DNA of 32,000 bases from Telmatocola sphagniphila. GTDB lineage: Bacteria; Planctomycetota; Planctomycetia; Gemmatales; Gemmataceae. This document shows, piece by piece, positions 1 through 7,583 of the stretch; position 1 is the stretch's first letter, and each line of letters begins with the position of its first letter. The notes under the pieces are model-generated. The model had not been told where the DNA came from, did not search any database, and was given only the letters and a program-made list of their open reading frames with translations. The translations under genes were made by a program, and so were the position numbers. Location: positions 630,001-662,000 of the forward strand of contig NZ_CP074694.1 of the NCBI RefSeq assembly GCF_018398935.1, given 5' to 3'.

Positions 1-330
1 AAAGCCTTCCTATCGGCTCGGCCGGTACTCCTGGAACCGATCGTTCGATTGGAAGTGACCATTCCTACAAGATTTACAGGTGCGATTCTCAGCGACATCA
101 ACGGAAAACGAGGGCATGTGGAGGATCAGGAAACTCTGCCGGGCGAACTTTCGGTGATTATCGCGGAAGTGCCGCTGGCGGAAATCAGCCGCTATACTGC
201 CCAGTTGGGGAGTCTGACGCAGGGGCAGGGTTCGTATGTAATGGAATTCTCGCATTACGAGCATGTGCCGATGAATGTGCAGCAGCAAATCGTTTCGAAG
301 GCCAATTTACGTCACGACGACGAAGAGTAA
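1..330 (+). CDS. Elongation factor G family protein, C-terminal fragment (5' end lies left of the window)
   Basis: Frame 1 is open from nt 1 (KAFLSARPVLLEPIVRLEVTIP...) to TAA at 328-330. The pattern PVLLEPI..EV..P, N.KRG, VPLAE, TQG.G.Y.MEF.HYE..P is the domain V / C-terminal layout of EF-G. Several usually conserved positions are substituted, so an EF-G paralogue is as likely as canonical fusA. Confidence 0.8.
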   Translation, partial: KAFLSARPVLLEPIVRLEVTIPTRFTGAILSDINGKRGHVEDQETLPGELSVIIAEVPLAEISRYTAQLGSLTQGQGSYVMEFSHYEHVPMNVQQQIVSKANLRHDDEE

Positions 331-344
331 CTTGTCAAGATTCC

Positions 345-373
345 GGGAGAAGGGCAGGTTCTACTCTTCTCCC
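345..373 (+). terminator. Hairpin downstream of the EF-G-family gene (possible intrinsic terminator)
   Basis: GGGAGAAG (345-352) pairs perfectly with CTTCTCCC (366-373) around a 13-nt loop, starting 15 nt after the stop codon. No clear U-tract follows (AGATATTG), so terminator activity is uncertain. Confidence 0.35.
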
Positions 374-428
374 AGATATTGACGGACATATCATATTTTG
401 AAAATACACCCATCTATAGGCGGGCAGG

Positions 429-1091
429 ATGAACGCTCTGACGCATTTCCTTTTTGAAGAATGGTACTTTTCCGCCCCGATGCTTCTGATGTCCTTCATC
501 GCGATCACCCTGGTGATCTGGCGCATGATGTTGAACGCTTCCTCCAAAACGGATATGAACGCGTTTCTGCCCGCCTTTCAGGACAAGATGGCTAAAGAAG
601 GCCCAGAGGCTGCCCTCGAGTTCTGCCGGACGCAGCACGGCTTCATTCCGCAAAAGCTTTACGTGGCCGGTCTGGAAGCGGCTCCCCAGGGGCTTTCCGC
701 CATGCGACGCAGCATGGCCCACGTGATGGAATTTGAAATCATCCCCGATCTGAACTTTCTTCTCGCTCCGATCCTGGCTATCGCCAAAATTGCCACGATG
801 GTCGGACTGCTGGGAACAGTGATCTCGATGATCAACACCTTCAATGCGATTAGTGCCAGCAAGAATAACCCGACGGAAGTGACATCTCAGGCCGGGGCTA
901 TTGGTCTGGCCTTATTTGCTACGGCACTGGGTTTGATGACCGCTATTCCGCTCGTGTTCACCCACGTTATGTTCAAGGATAACGTGTCTCGTTTCGAGAT
1001 TAAAATGCGGTCCGCCGCCCAGAAACTGCTTGTCATCTATCAGGGGATCAAGAGTTCCTCGGAAAAGAGGAAGAAGCGGGAATCGGCCTGA
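429..1091 (+). CDS. MotA/TolQ/ExbB-family proton channel protein
   Basis: 220 aa with three predicted TM helices. The C-terminal half carries the family signature (MVGLLGTVISMINTF and GAIGLALFATALGLMTAIPLVF). Two ExbD/TolR-type genes follow it. Confidence 0.9.
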   Translation: MNALTHFLFEEWYFSAPMLLMSFIAITLVIWRMMLNASSKTDMNAFLPAFQDKMAKEGPEAALEFCRTQHGFIPQKLYVAGLEAAPQGLSAMRRSMAHVMEFEIIPDLNFLLAPILAIAKIATMVGLLGTVISMINTFNAISASKNNPTEVTSQAGAIGLALFATALGLMTAIPLVFTHVMFKDNVSRFEIKMRSAAQKLLVIYQGIKSSSEKRKKRESA

Positions 1092-1150
1092 CCGCGGTTT
1101 CCTGAAATTGCGTCGCAAAACCCGCTTTCTAACAACTTGAACGCAGAATC

Positions 1151-1870
1151 ATGTCGGCCATAAAATACGATGTCTGGTTTCTCCGCCGAAATCAAGTCTT
1201 TCGGGCAGTCCCTTTCGAAGTAGTAACCGAATGGGTGCAGCAGGCCAAAGTGCTCCCCGAGGACAAGATCAAATCGGTCGAGGAAGAAAACTGGCTGGCC
1301 CTCAAGGATCATCCGCAATTTTCAATTTATCTGACCTCCGAGGCCGAGGAGGCTTCGCAAACCGAGGAAAATTCTCCGACTCAGGCGGAGCCCGATGTCG
1401 GCCTCGATTTTGGCTGGAAAAGAAGACACACCGATGAGGACGACGATGTGGATATGATTCCGCTCATCGATATCAGTCTGGTGCTGCTGATCTTTTTCAT
1501 GATGACGACGACCGTGGCGGCCATTTCCAAGATTCAGGTTCCGCAGATGCAGAACGCGGGCAAGATCGACAGCACGCCGGACATCATCCGACTCGACATC
1601 GACTGGGTGGGTAAGCAGGCGGTGTATGGCGTAGGACTTGGCAACTCAGTACCGGATGCGGATAACGGCGAAATAAATGACCCGATCGTATTGCTTCAGA
1701 AATTGGATGCCATTCTGGCCACTCGAACCAGCCCGGCCAAGATCCGCATCGCCGCGCATGCGGAAGTGCCGTACGAGAAAGTCGACAAGATCATTGCGGA
1801 GTTGCAGAAGCGAATCGACCAGGGAGTGCGAATTGCCAATTTCACCGTTCAAGTGAGTGACCGCCCATGA
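1151..1870 (+). CDS. ExbD/TolR-family protein with ~100-aa N-terminal GYF_2-like cytoplasmic extension
   Basis: 239 aa. IPLIDISLVLLIFFMMTTT is the ExbD/TolR TM signature, followed by a periplasmic alpha/beta domain. The N-terminus (YDVWFLRRNQVFRAVPFEVVTEWVQQAKVLPEDKIKSVEEENWLALKDHPQF) fits the GYF_2/DUF4339 pattern, and an acidic linker follows. The stop overlaps the next start (ATGA at 1867-1870). Confidence 0.85.
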   Translation: MSAIKYDVWFLRRNQVFRAVPFEVVTEWVQQAKVLPEDKIKSVEEENWLALKDHPQFSIYLTSEAEEASQTEENSPTQAEPDVGLDFGWKRRHTDEDDDVDMIPLIDISLVLLIFFMMTTTVAAISKIQVPQMQNAGKIDSTPDIIRLDIDWVGKQAVYGVGLGNSVPDADNGEINDPIVLLQKLDAILATRTSPAKIRIAAHAEVPYEKVDKIIAELQKRIDQGVRIANFTVQVSDRP

Positions 1871-2493
1871 GCCAGAAATGGGAAATCCGTTCCATCGATA
1901 CTCCGAGGGCCGATCCTCAGATCCTTTCGACGGCTCAGGTGCTGGAATTCCTGGAAACGGGAGCGTTGACCGGCGACGATCTGGTGCGGGCGGATGAATC
2001 CCATCCGTGGCTGGCACTCGAAAACCATCCCGCGTTCGAGGAGACTTTACAGCAGATTGAGGAATCTAACCGCCGGCCGCCCGAGGATGAGACTCGGCTC
2101 GATATGAACCCGCTCATTGACGTTTCGTTAGTACTTTTGATCTTTTTTATTCTGACGACCAGTTACGCGGAGCTTCGAAAGGAAGCGAATCCGCCGCCGG
2201 GTAAGACCGAGAAAAAAGACGGCAAAGCGGTTATGTCCGAGAAGCAGTTGAAGGATTTCACAATCACCGTGGAAGCCAAACTGGACGGGGAGAAAGTCCG
2301 CTATCTGATCGAGAAGGAAGTCGTTGAAGAATCGGATTTGGAGAACAAGTTCAAGTATTGGCTCAAGAAGACAGGTAAGGCCAGCCTGTCGATTGAGATC
2401 GAACCTCAGGTGCCTTTCAAGTCTTTGATAGCGATACAGGACGCGGCGGCGGGGGCCGGTATACAGGAGATGATCCGAGTCGATCGCAAGTAA
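1867..2493 (+). CDS. Second ExbD/TolR-family protein, also with an N-terminal GYF_2-like extension
   Basis: 208 aa. NPLIDVSLVLLIFFILTTS is the ExbD TM signature. The N-terminus (WEIRSIDTPRADPQILSTAQVLEFLETGALTGDDLVRADESHPWLALENHPAF) shares the WLAL..HP.F ending with the preceding gene. It is translationally coupled to that gene. Confidence 0.85.
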   Translation: MSQKWEIRSIDTPRADPQILSTAQVLEFLETGALTGDDLVRADESHPWLALENHPAFEETLQQIEESNRRPPEDETRLDMNPLIDVSLVLLIFFILTTSYAELRKEANPPPGKTEKKDGKAVMSEKQLKDFTITVEAKLDGEKVRYLIEKEVVEESDLENKFKYWLKKTGKASLSIEIEPQVPFKSLIAIQDAAAGAGIQEMIRVDRK

Positions 2494-2508
2494 CAGGGTC
2501 AGCTTTTC

Positions 2509-3318
2509 ATGAACTCTGAACCTTCAGCTTCCAACCAGTATCTCCCGAGGAAGACTCAATGGCTCTGGAAAGGCTTCTATCGCTACTGTCGGAGATATTC
2601 CGCCAAGCATTTCCATGCCGTTCGATTATCGAAATCCTCGCATCTGCTGAACGTGGCGGCCGGCGAACCCCTGGTCTTTGTGGTCAACCATCCCAGCTGG
2701 TGGGACATCATCGTTTGCATGCTGTTGTCCGCGCGGTATGAAAAGTATCAGCATTTTGCCCCCATCGAAGCCGGCATGCTCCCCAAATACAAGTTTTTCA
2801 ATCGGCTCGGCTTTTTTGGCGTTGAGGAGACCGTGGAAGGGGCGCGAAACTTTCTGCGGATCACCCAAGCGATTTTCTCCCAGCCGTTTAACTCTCTGTG
2901 GATCACGGCTCAGGGCGAATTCGTCGATCCGCGCGTTCGACCGGTGAAAATTCGTGCGGGGGTCGGGCAACTGGCAACTCGCTTGAAGTCAGGCTGGATC
3001 ATTCCCATTGCTCTGGAGTATCCTTTCTGGAATGAAAAGACTCCGGAGGCCTTGGTACGAATAGGCCAGCCCTTAAAACTGGATCAGGATTTGGATAGGC
3101 AGCAGTGGACCGCACTCATCGAGCTACACCTGCAAGAATCCATGGACCGGCTGGCGCAGGAAGCGATCCTCCGAGATCCGGCACAATTCGATACTCTGAT
3201 TTTGGGGAAATCCGGCGTCGGCGGTGTCTATGATTTATGGCGGAGATTCAAAGCCGCTCTGAAAGGTAAAAAAGCGGATTTGAGCCATATGGACGACCGG
3301 AAGGTAAGTACCCAATGA
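2509..3318 (+). CDS. Lysophospholipid (PlsC-like) acyltransferase family protein
   Basis: 269 aa. The H-x4-D acyltransferase catalytic motif is present as VVNHPSWWD, with a later ITAQGEF block in the position of the FPEGTR-like motif. It starts 15 nt after exbD-2, and its stop overlaps the GT2 start. Confidence 0.8.
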   Translation: MNSEPSASNQYLPRKTQWLWKGFYRYCRRYSAKHFHAVRLSKSSHLLNVAAGEPLVFVVNHPSWWDIIVCMLLSARYEKYQHFAPIEAGMLPKYKFFNRLGFFGVEETVEGARNFLRITQAIFSQPFNSLWITAQGEFVDPRVRPVKIRAGVGQLATRLKSGWIIPIALEYPFWNEKTPEALVRIGQPLKLDQDLDRQQWTALIELHLQESMDRLAQEAILRDPAQFDTLILGKSGVGGVYDLWRRFKAALKGKKADLSHMDDRKVSTQ

Positions 3319-4445
3319 CCGATTTGTGCTGGTTGATTCTCGTTTGTGCCTCGACCCCTGCCTTGCTCTTTTTCTGGAATTGTGTTTACTTTCGAAGACC
3401 ACACCGCATTCCATCCGATTCGCCCCGTGTTTCCGTGCTGATCCCGGCTCGCAATGAAGAGGGAAGTATCGGTGGATGCCTTGAGGCCGCACTGGCTTCG
3501 GAGCATGTCACTTTGGAAGTCATCGTACTCGACGATCACTCGACCGATCGGACCGCCGGAATAGTTAGAGAAATGGCTCAGAGCGATGCTCGCGTGCGAC
3601 TGGCGAACTCCTCGGAACTCCCCGAGGGATGGTGCGGCAAGCAGTTCGCCTGCTTTCAGTTGAGCAAACTGGCCAGCTATGAGTATCTGGCCTTTCTCGA
3701 TGCGGATGTCCGCCTGAGTAAAGAGGGGCTGGCGAAACTGATCGGCTTCCAGCAGGATCGGAATGTGCCACTCGTCAGTGCATTTCCCCGGCAGATCATG
3801 GTAAGCTGGATGGAACTGATGATCATTCCGATGATCAATTTCATGCTCCTGTGTTATCTGCCGATGTGGGGAATGCGTCATTTGCCGATGCCCGGCTTTG
3901 GCGCGGGTTGCGGACAGCTTTTCCTGGCCACGCGTAGAATCTACGAATTGATCGGCGGGCACTCGCTGGTGAAAGAGTCGATGCACGACGGCCTGAAATT
4001 ACCTCGCGCATATCGAAAGGCGAGTTATTTCACCGATTTATGCGATGGCTCGGAGATTGCCTGCTGCCGGATGTATCGAAATGCGTCTCAGGTCTGGAAT
4101 GGCTTCGTAAAGAATGCACGTGAGGGAATAGCAAAACCTCCGCTGATCTTCGTTTTCAGCATTTTGCTGAGCCTGGCCTTCATTCTGCCTGGACCGTTGT
4201 TGCTGATCTTGCAAGATCGTTTAACCGCAGACCAAACGAATATTTTGGCTCTGGCTTTCTGCCTGTCGTTTTTACCTCGAATATTGCTCACCGGGGGGAA
4301 AGCGAGAGAACTCCTGGGGGCATTATTTCACCCCGTCAGCGTTTTTCTATTTCTATCGATTCAGTGGTATGCCAATTATCGGTATTGGATTGGCCAACCA
4401 GTAGGTTGGAAGGGTCGAATTGTGGAATCGCCTGAGAAAGCGTGA
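3315..4445 (+). CDS. Membrane-anchored family 2 glycosyltransferase (CrtQ-like architecture)
   Basis: 376 aa. ATG 3315 overlaps the upstream stop (ATGA). GT-A motifs are VSVLIPARNEE, VIVLDDHSTD, GWCGK and AFLDADV. The C-terminal half has at least 4 TM helices and ends in GWKGR. Size and motif order match what I recall of CrtQ-type carotenoid glycosyltransferases. That comparison is from memory, not from a search. Confidence 0.8.
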   Translation: MTDLCWLILVCASTPALLFFWNCVYFRRPHRIPSDSPRVSVLIPARNEEGSIGGCLEAALASEHVTLEVIVLDDHSTDRTAGIVREMAQSDARVRLANSSELPEGWCGKQFACFQLSKLASYEYLAFLDADVRLSKEGLAKLIGFQQDRNVPLVSAFPRQIMVSWMELMIIPMINFMLLCYLPMWGMRHLPMPGFGAGCGQLFLATRRIYELIGGHSLVKESMHDGLKLPRAYRKASYFTDLCDGSEIACCRMYRNASQVWNGFVKNAREGIAKPPLIFVFSILLSLAFILPGPLLLILQDRLTADQTNILALAFCLSFLPRILLTGGKARELLGALFHPVSVFLFLSIQWYANYRYWIGQPVGWKGRIVESPEKA

Positions 4446-4462
4446 GGGGTTGCTCCTCACGC
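4440..4462. terminator. GC-rich hairpin between convergent genes (candidate bidirectional terminator)
   Basis: GCGTGAGG (4440-4447, includes the GT2 stop codon) pairs perfectly with CCTCACGC (4455-4462) around a 7-nt loop. It sits in the 33-nt gap between the GT2 gene (+) and the bPH membrane protein gene (-). There is no obvious U-tract. Confidence 0.45.
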
Positions 4463-4478
4463 CTGGATTTACTGGGAA

Positions 4479-5366
4479 TTAGTTCACTTTACGTTCGCGC
4501 AATAGTCGTTCGATCGCACCGATTTTGAAGCCGATGAAGGCCACGTTCGGCATCGTAATCTGCTGGCGATCGGCTCCGGCGGTCTTAACGGTCAAGTCCC
4601 CCGAACCGAAGCCCAGAATAATATGTCGGAACCAGTCGTCGCGTTGCTTCTCGACGGTCATTCCGGTGGTGTCGAACACCCGTTCCCGACCGCCGATTTC
4701 TTCACAGACTTTAATCTGGCCCGGGGTGAAGATCATGTACGCTCGTTTGTCGAAGACGAACACTGTCGTCAACCAGGCAATCAGAACCAAAAGGCCGATG
4801 AAGAAGTAGCCGCCCATGTTGATGTAGATGTGCAGATCGGCAAATTTACCGAGGATTGTATCCCACCATTGCATCAGGCTGAAGATCACCACAACTAAAA
4901 TAAAGCTTATGATGATCACCAGCGACCAGAGGCCGCGCAAGGGCACGTTGGTAATCAGCATGACCACCAAGAAGATGCTGAGGAATATCGGGCCCATCCA
5001 GGGGCGAATAGAAACGTGCGTCTTGAAGTCGTAGGTGTTGGGTTCGGCACTCCGTTCGACCGTCTCTTCCATACGGGGATATTTCCCGGCCATGGAGATA
5101 ATCGAAGTATTTGCGCCGGGATCGACCTTCAAAATCGAATCCTTGGGGACGATGGCCATACGATGACCATCGGCAAACGACCACAATGCGAAAAGAATAC
5201 CGAAAAACCAGATAGGCCACCAGTAGAACAGCCCGGAATGGCTGATCACGCGGATCTGCAGACTGTTGGGGCCACTCCCGGTGGTATGCGGCACCGGAGG
5301 AGCCGATGGGGGAGGCGGGCTAGTGTTATCAGACATGTCAAACCTTTCCAGATGGGGGTGAATCAC
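4479..5366 (-). CDS. Integral membrane protein with C-terminal bacterial PH (bPH_2/YdbT-like) domain
   Basis: Up to 295 aa. It has a Pro-rich N-terminus (SPPPPSAPPVPH), about four TM helices, and then a soluble C-terminal segment (AYMIFTPGQIKV...SGDLTVKTAG...ITMPNV) resembling membrane-associated bPH domains. The more likely start is the ATG at 5336 (MSDNTS...) rather than 5366. Confidence 0.7.
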   Translation of the reverse strand: MIHPHLERFDMSDNTSPPPPSAPPVPHTTGSGPNSLQIRVISHSGLFYWWPIWFFGILFALWSFADGHRMAIVPKDSILKVDPGANTSIISMAGKYPRMEETVERSAEPNTYDFKTHVSIRPWMGPIFLSIFLVVMLITNVPLRGLWSLVIIISFILVVVIFSLMQWWDTILGKFADLHIYINMGGYFFIGLLVLIAWLTTVFVFDKRAYMIFTPGQIKVCEEIGGRERVFDTTGMTVEKQRDDWFRHIILGFGSGDLTVKTAGADRQQITMPNVAFIGFKIGAIERLLRERKVN

Positions 5367-5459
5367 TCGTTGTTGGGTATATTCGAGGCAGCGGTCCGCC
5401 TATTTCAATGCAGCCAAATTACGAGCGTATACCTTGAGTGTCAAACAAGAAATTTGGCT

Positions 5460-6527
5460 TTATTTGGCAGGTTCCGAGGGAATCGTGCCGAATATCAGCC
5501 GTCCCGGGATCTTAAATATCCGCCGCAGAATCCCGGAAACTTGAGGATGGCGTTCTGTAAAGGATTTAACGGCATTCGCGAACTGGATCGGTAATCCATT
5601 CAGTTTCTGATAGGTTTGCAACTGTTCCGCCAGGCTTTCACAGGCTTTATGCAATTCGGCAGATCGTTGATCGGCTTGCAAATGATTCCTGCGAAATTTG
5701 GTAATAGTGGAACCCAATTCCTCTCCTACAAATTTTACCCAGTTAGCATCAGCGGTTCGGGCATCTAATGTCGCGTCGGGCTCCAGTGAATAGCCGATCT
5801 TTTCAGCGAAAGGGCGAAGTGCGGGCCGAAGAATTGTTGTCTCGGCTTCAGGCAAGAGCTCGCGCCACAAGCCCGGTTTGCCTTTCCAGAAATGGTGGGT
5901 CACCGAATATTTCTGAAAATGGGCCAAAGTGTTGCGTTCCAAGACTTCTTCGAGGGAAGTGCAACGGGAAGGGCCGATCTCCTGCTGAAACGTTTCGAGA
6001 CAGCCGCGAACATCGGCAACCATATCTTCGTATTTGAACGCCAGAACACCGGGAAAGTCCCACCAGTCGCTCGACACACTCAGGAGTTCCCGGGCTCGTT
6101 CGCCCCGCGCGTAATCGAGGAACGACAGGCTGCGCGGCATCGAAGCGCGAATGGAAGCTTCTGAACCGCCACGACCCATCAGCCAGTATTCGGTGTCGTG
6201 TTCGTACCAGGAGAAGTGAAGGATGGAGATCAGAGTATCGATGGGGTGGCGACCCAGAGTGATAACGCGAAAGCCTTCTTTTTGCAGGAATTCGACAGTT
6301 TCCGAATCACGGCGTGTATGGTACTGAAACACCAATTCTGAGGGCAGGGAGGCCCAATCGCTCGCATTCATCGCATGACGCGCCAGGATTGGAAGGCCGT
6401 AAAATTGGCTGAGTAAGGATGAGAGCCAGGTATTCCCGGAGCGCGGGGTACTTATGATGGCCAACCGGATTTTCGGAGCCGACTCGGCATTATCGCGCGG
6501 ATTAAGAACGTCCATCGTGGGGTCCAA
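5460..6527 (-). CDS. Sulfotransferase-domain protein with C-terminal helical extension
   Basis: LAIISTPRSGNTWLSSLL is a PAPS 5'-phosphosulfate-binding loop (PKSGTTW type), with a later RHPIDTLIS block in the 3'-phosphate-binding position. The last ~90 aa are helical and charged. The ORF-track start is TTG at 6527. An in-frame ATG at 6515 (MDVLNP...) is an alternative. Confidence 0.8.
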   Translation of the reverse strand: MDPTMDVLNPRDNAESAPKIRLAIISTPRSGNTWLSSLLSQFYGLPILARHAMNASDWASLPSELVFQYHTRRDSETVEFLQKEGFRVITLGRHPIDTLISILHFSWYEHDTEYWLMGRGGSEASIRASMPRSLSFLDYARGERARELLSVSSDWWDFPGVLAFKYEDMVADVRGCLETFQQEIGPSRCTSLEEVLERNTLAHFQKYSVTHHFWKGKPGLWRELLPEAETTILRPALRPFAEKIGYSLEPDATLDARTADANWVKFVGEELGSTITKFRRNHLQADQRSAELHKACESLAEQLQTYQKLNGLPIQFANAVKSFTERHPQVSGILRRIFKIPGRLIFGTIPSEPAK

Positions 6528-6702
6528 AATTCAGGGGAGGTCCGACCAGATCAATTCCTGCATAAAGGCGGATGGACAAATAAACTTCTCGAGGTGGTGA
6601 GCGTAAAATCAGGTAGCTTTCACGGCACGTTGAATTAAATCGCGACGATTCCAATCGTCAAATCCTATCAGCGACCCCTTGAGGTAAAATCTTCGATCCC
6701 AA

Positions 6703-7014
6703 TCAGTCGGGTAGCTCGATCCAGATTTTATCCTCCTGTTCTATGACTTTATAGCAACCGATTTTGATTCGCGGATTATCCGCCCAGGCGCCATCGGTCA
6801 GTCGAAATCGCCAGAAATGCCAGGGGCAGGTGACGATTTTATCCTCCACCGGTCCAGCGCTGAGCGAGGCCCCCATATGCGGGCACATATCATCAATGGC
6901 ATGGAGTTCGCCATCGATGCGATAAACTCCCACGGGCTTCGAGTTCAACTCGGTAACAAAACTTTGGCCTTCGGGAAGATTCTCCGTACCGCAGACGAAG
7001 TGAAGCTTTGGCAT
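6703..7014 (-). CDS. Small Rieske [2Fe-2S] domain protein (NirD-like ferredoxin)
   Basis: 103 aa. Both Rieske ligand boxes are present: CPHMG and CPWHFWRF, i.e. C-x-H ... C-x-x-H with typical spacing. Confidence 0.85.
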   Translation of the reverse strand: MPKLHFVCGTENLPEGQSFVTELNSKPVGVYRIDGELHAIDDMCPHMGASLSAGPVEDKIVTCPWHFWRFRLTDGAWADNPRIKIGCYKVIEQEDKIWIELPD

Positions 7015-7030
7015 AATCGGGACTCATCCA

Positions 7031-7579
7031 ATGATCGAGATGGAACAAAAATATCGTATCGACGACCCGCGTAAGATCGAGGAGTTGCTCCGGTCAGAAG
7101 GCGCGCAGTACGACCGAAAAGAGAAACATGTCGATCTCTTTTTCTCGGCACCCGACCGGAATTTCGGCGAAACCGATGAGGTCTTACGGTTGCGCTGCGT
7201 GGATGACCAATCGGTGCTGACCTACAAAGGGCCGCGGCAGAACTCAGAAATCAAAGCTCGGAAAGAGATCGAAGCAGAACTTAAATCGGGCAATAGAGAT
7301 CGGCAGGCTCTGATCGGAATTCTTCAAGCTCTCGGCTATCAGTCGGCGTTAAGCGTGGAGAAAACCCGGGACAATTGGAAATGGAATTTTCAGCAACTCG
7401 ATATTCACGTCTGTCTGGATCGTCTGGAATCGGTAGGCGATTTTCTGGAACTGGAAGTCGTTGGGGACGCATCGGAGCTGTCTCGAATAAAAAAGACGTT
7501 CGAAGCGGCCGAGAAATTATTAGGATTAACTGTCCGCGAGGAACGCTCTTACTTGCGAATGGTCTTGGAACTTTTGTGA
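7031..7579 (+). CDS. CYTH-domain protein (class IV adenylyl cyclase / triphosphatase family)
   Basis: 182 aa. It has the N-terminal ExExK motif (EMEQKYRI), LRLR...LTYKGP, and C-terminal GDFLELEVV, as in CyaB-type CYTH proteins. It is divergent from the Rieske gene with only 16 nt between the start codons. Confidence 0.8.
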   Translation: MIEMEQKYRIDDPRKIEELLRSEGAQYDRKEKHVDLFFSAPDRNFGETDEVLRLRCVDDQSVLTYKGPRQNSEIKARKEIEAELKSGNRDRQALIGILQALGYQSALSVEKTRDNWKWNFQQLDIHVCLDRLESVGDFLELEVVGDASELSRIKKTFEAAEKLLGLTVREERSYLRMVLELL

Positions 7580-7583
7580 AATC

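Noticed and set aside
379-407. TTGACG as a -35 box for an exbB promoter
   Set aside because: No acceptable -10 hexamer lies at 16-18 nt spacing (AAAATA/AAATAC only), so the call is not supportable.
3228-3986. 252-aa ORF on the minus strand
   Set aside because: It is antisense to the GT2 gene, whose GT-A motifs are clear. It has no motif, signal or ribosome-binding site of its own.
5413-5458. Inverted repeat GCCAAATT ... AATTTGGC just after the sulfotransferase stop
   Set aside because: The arms are perfect (8 bp) but AT-rich and separated by a 30-nt loop with little internal pairing, so it is a weak terminator candidate.
5016-5594. 192-aa ORF on the plus strand
   Set aside because: It overlaps the bPH membrane protein and the sulfotransferase 3' end in antisense. 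Its composition is Arg/Gly/His-rich with no motifs.
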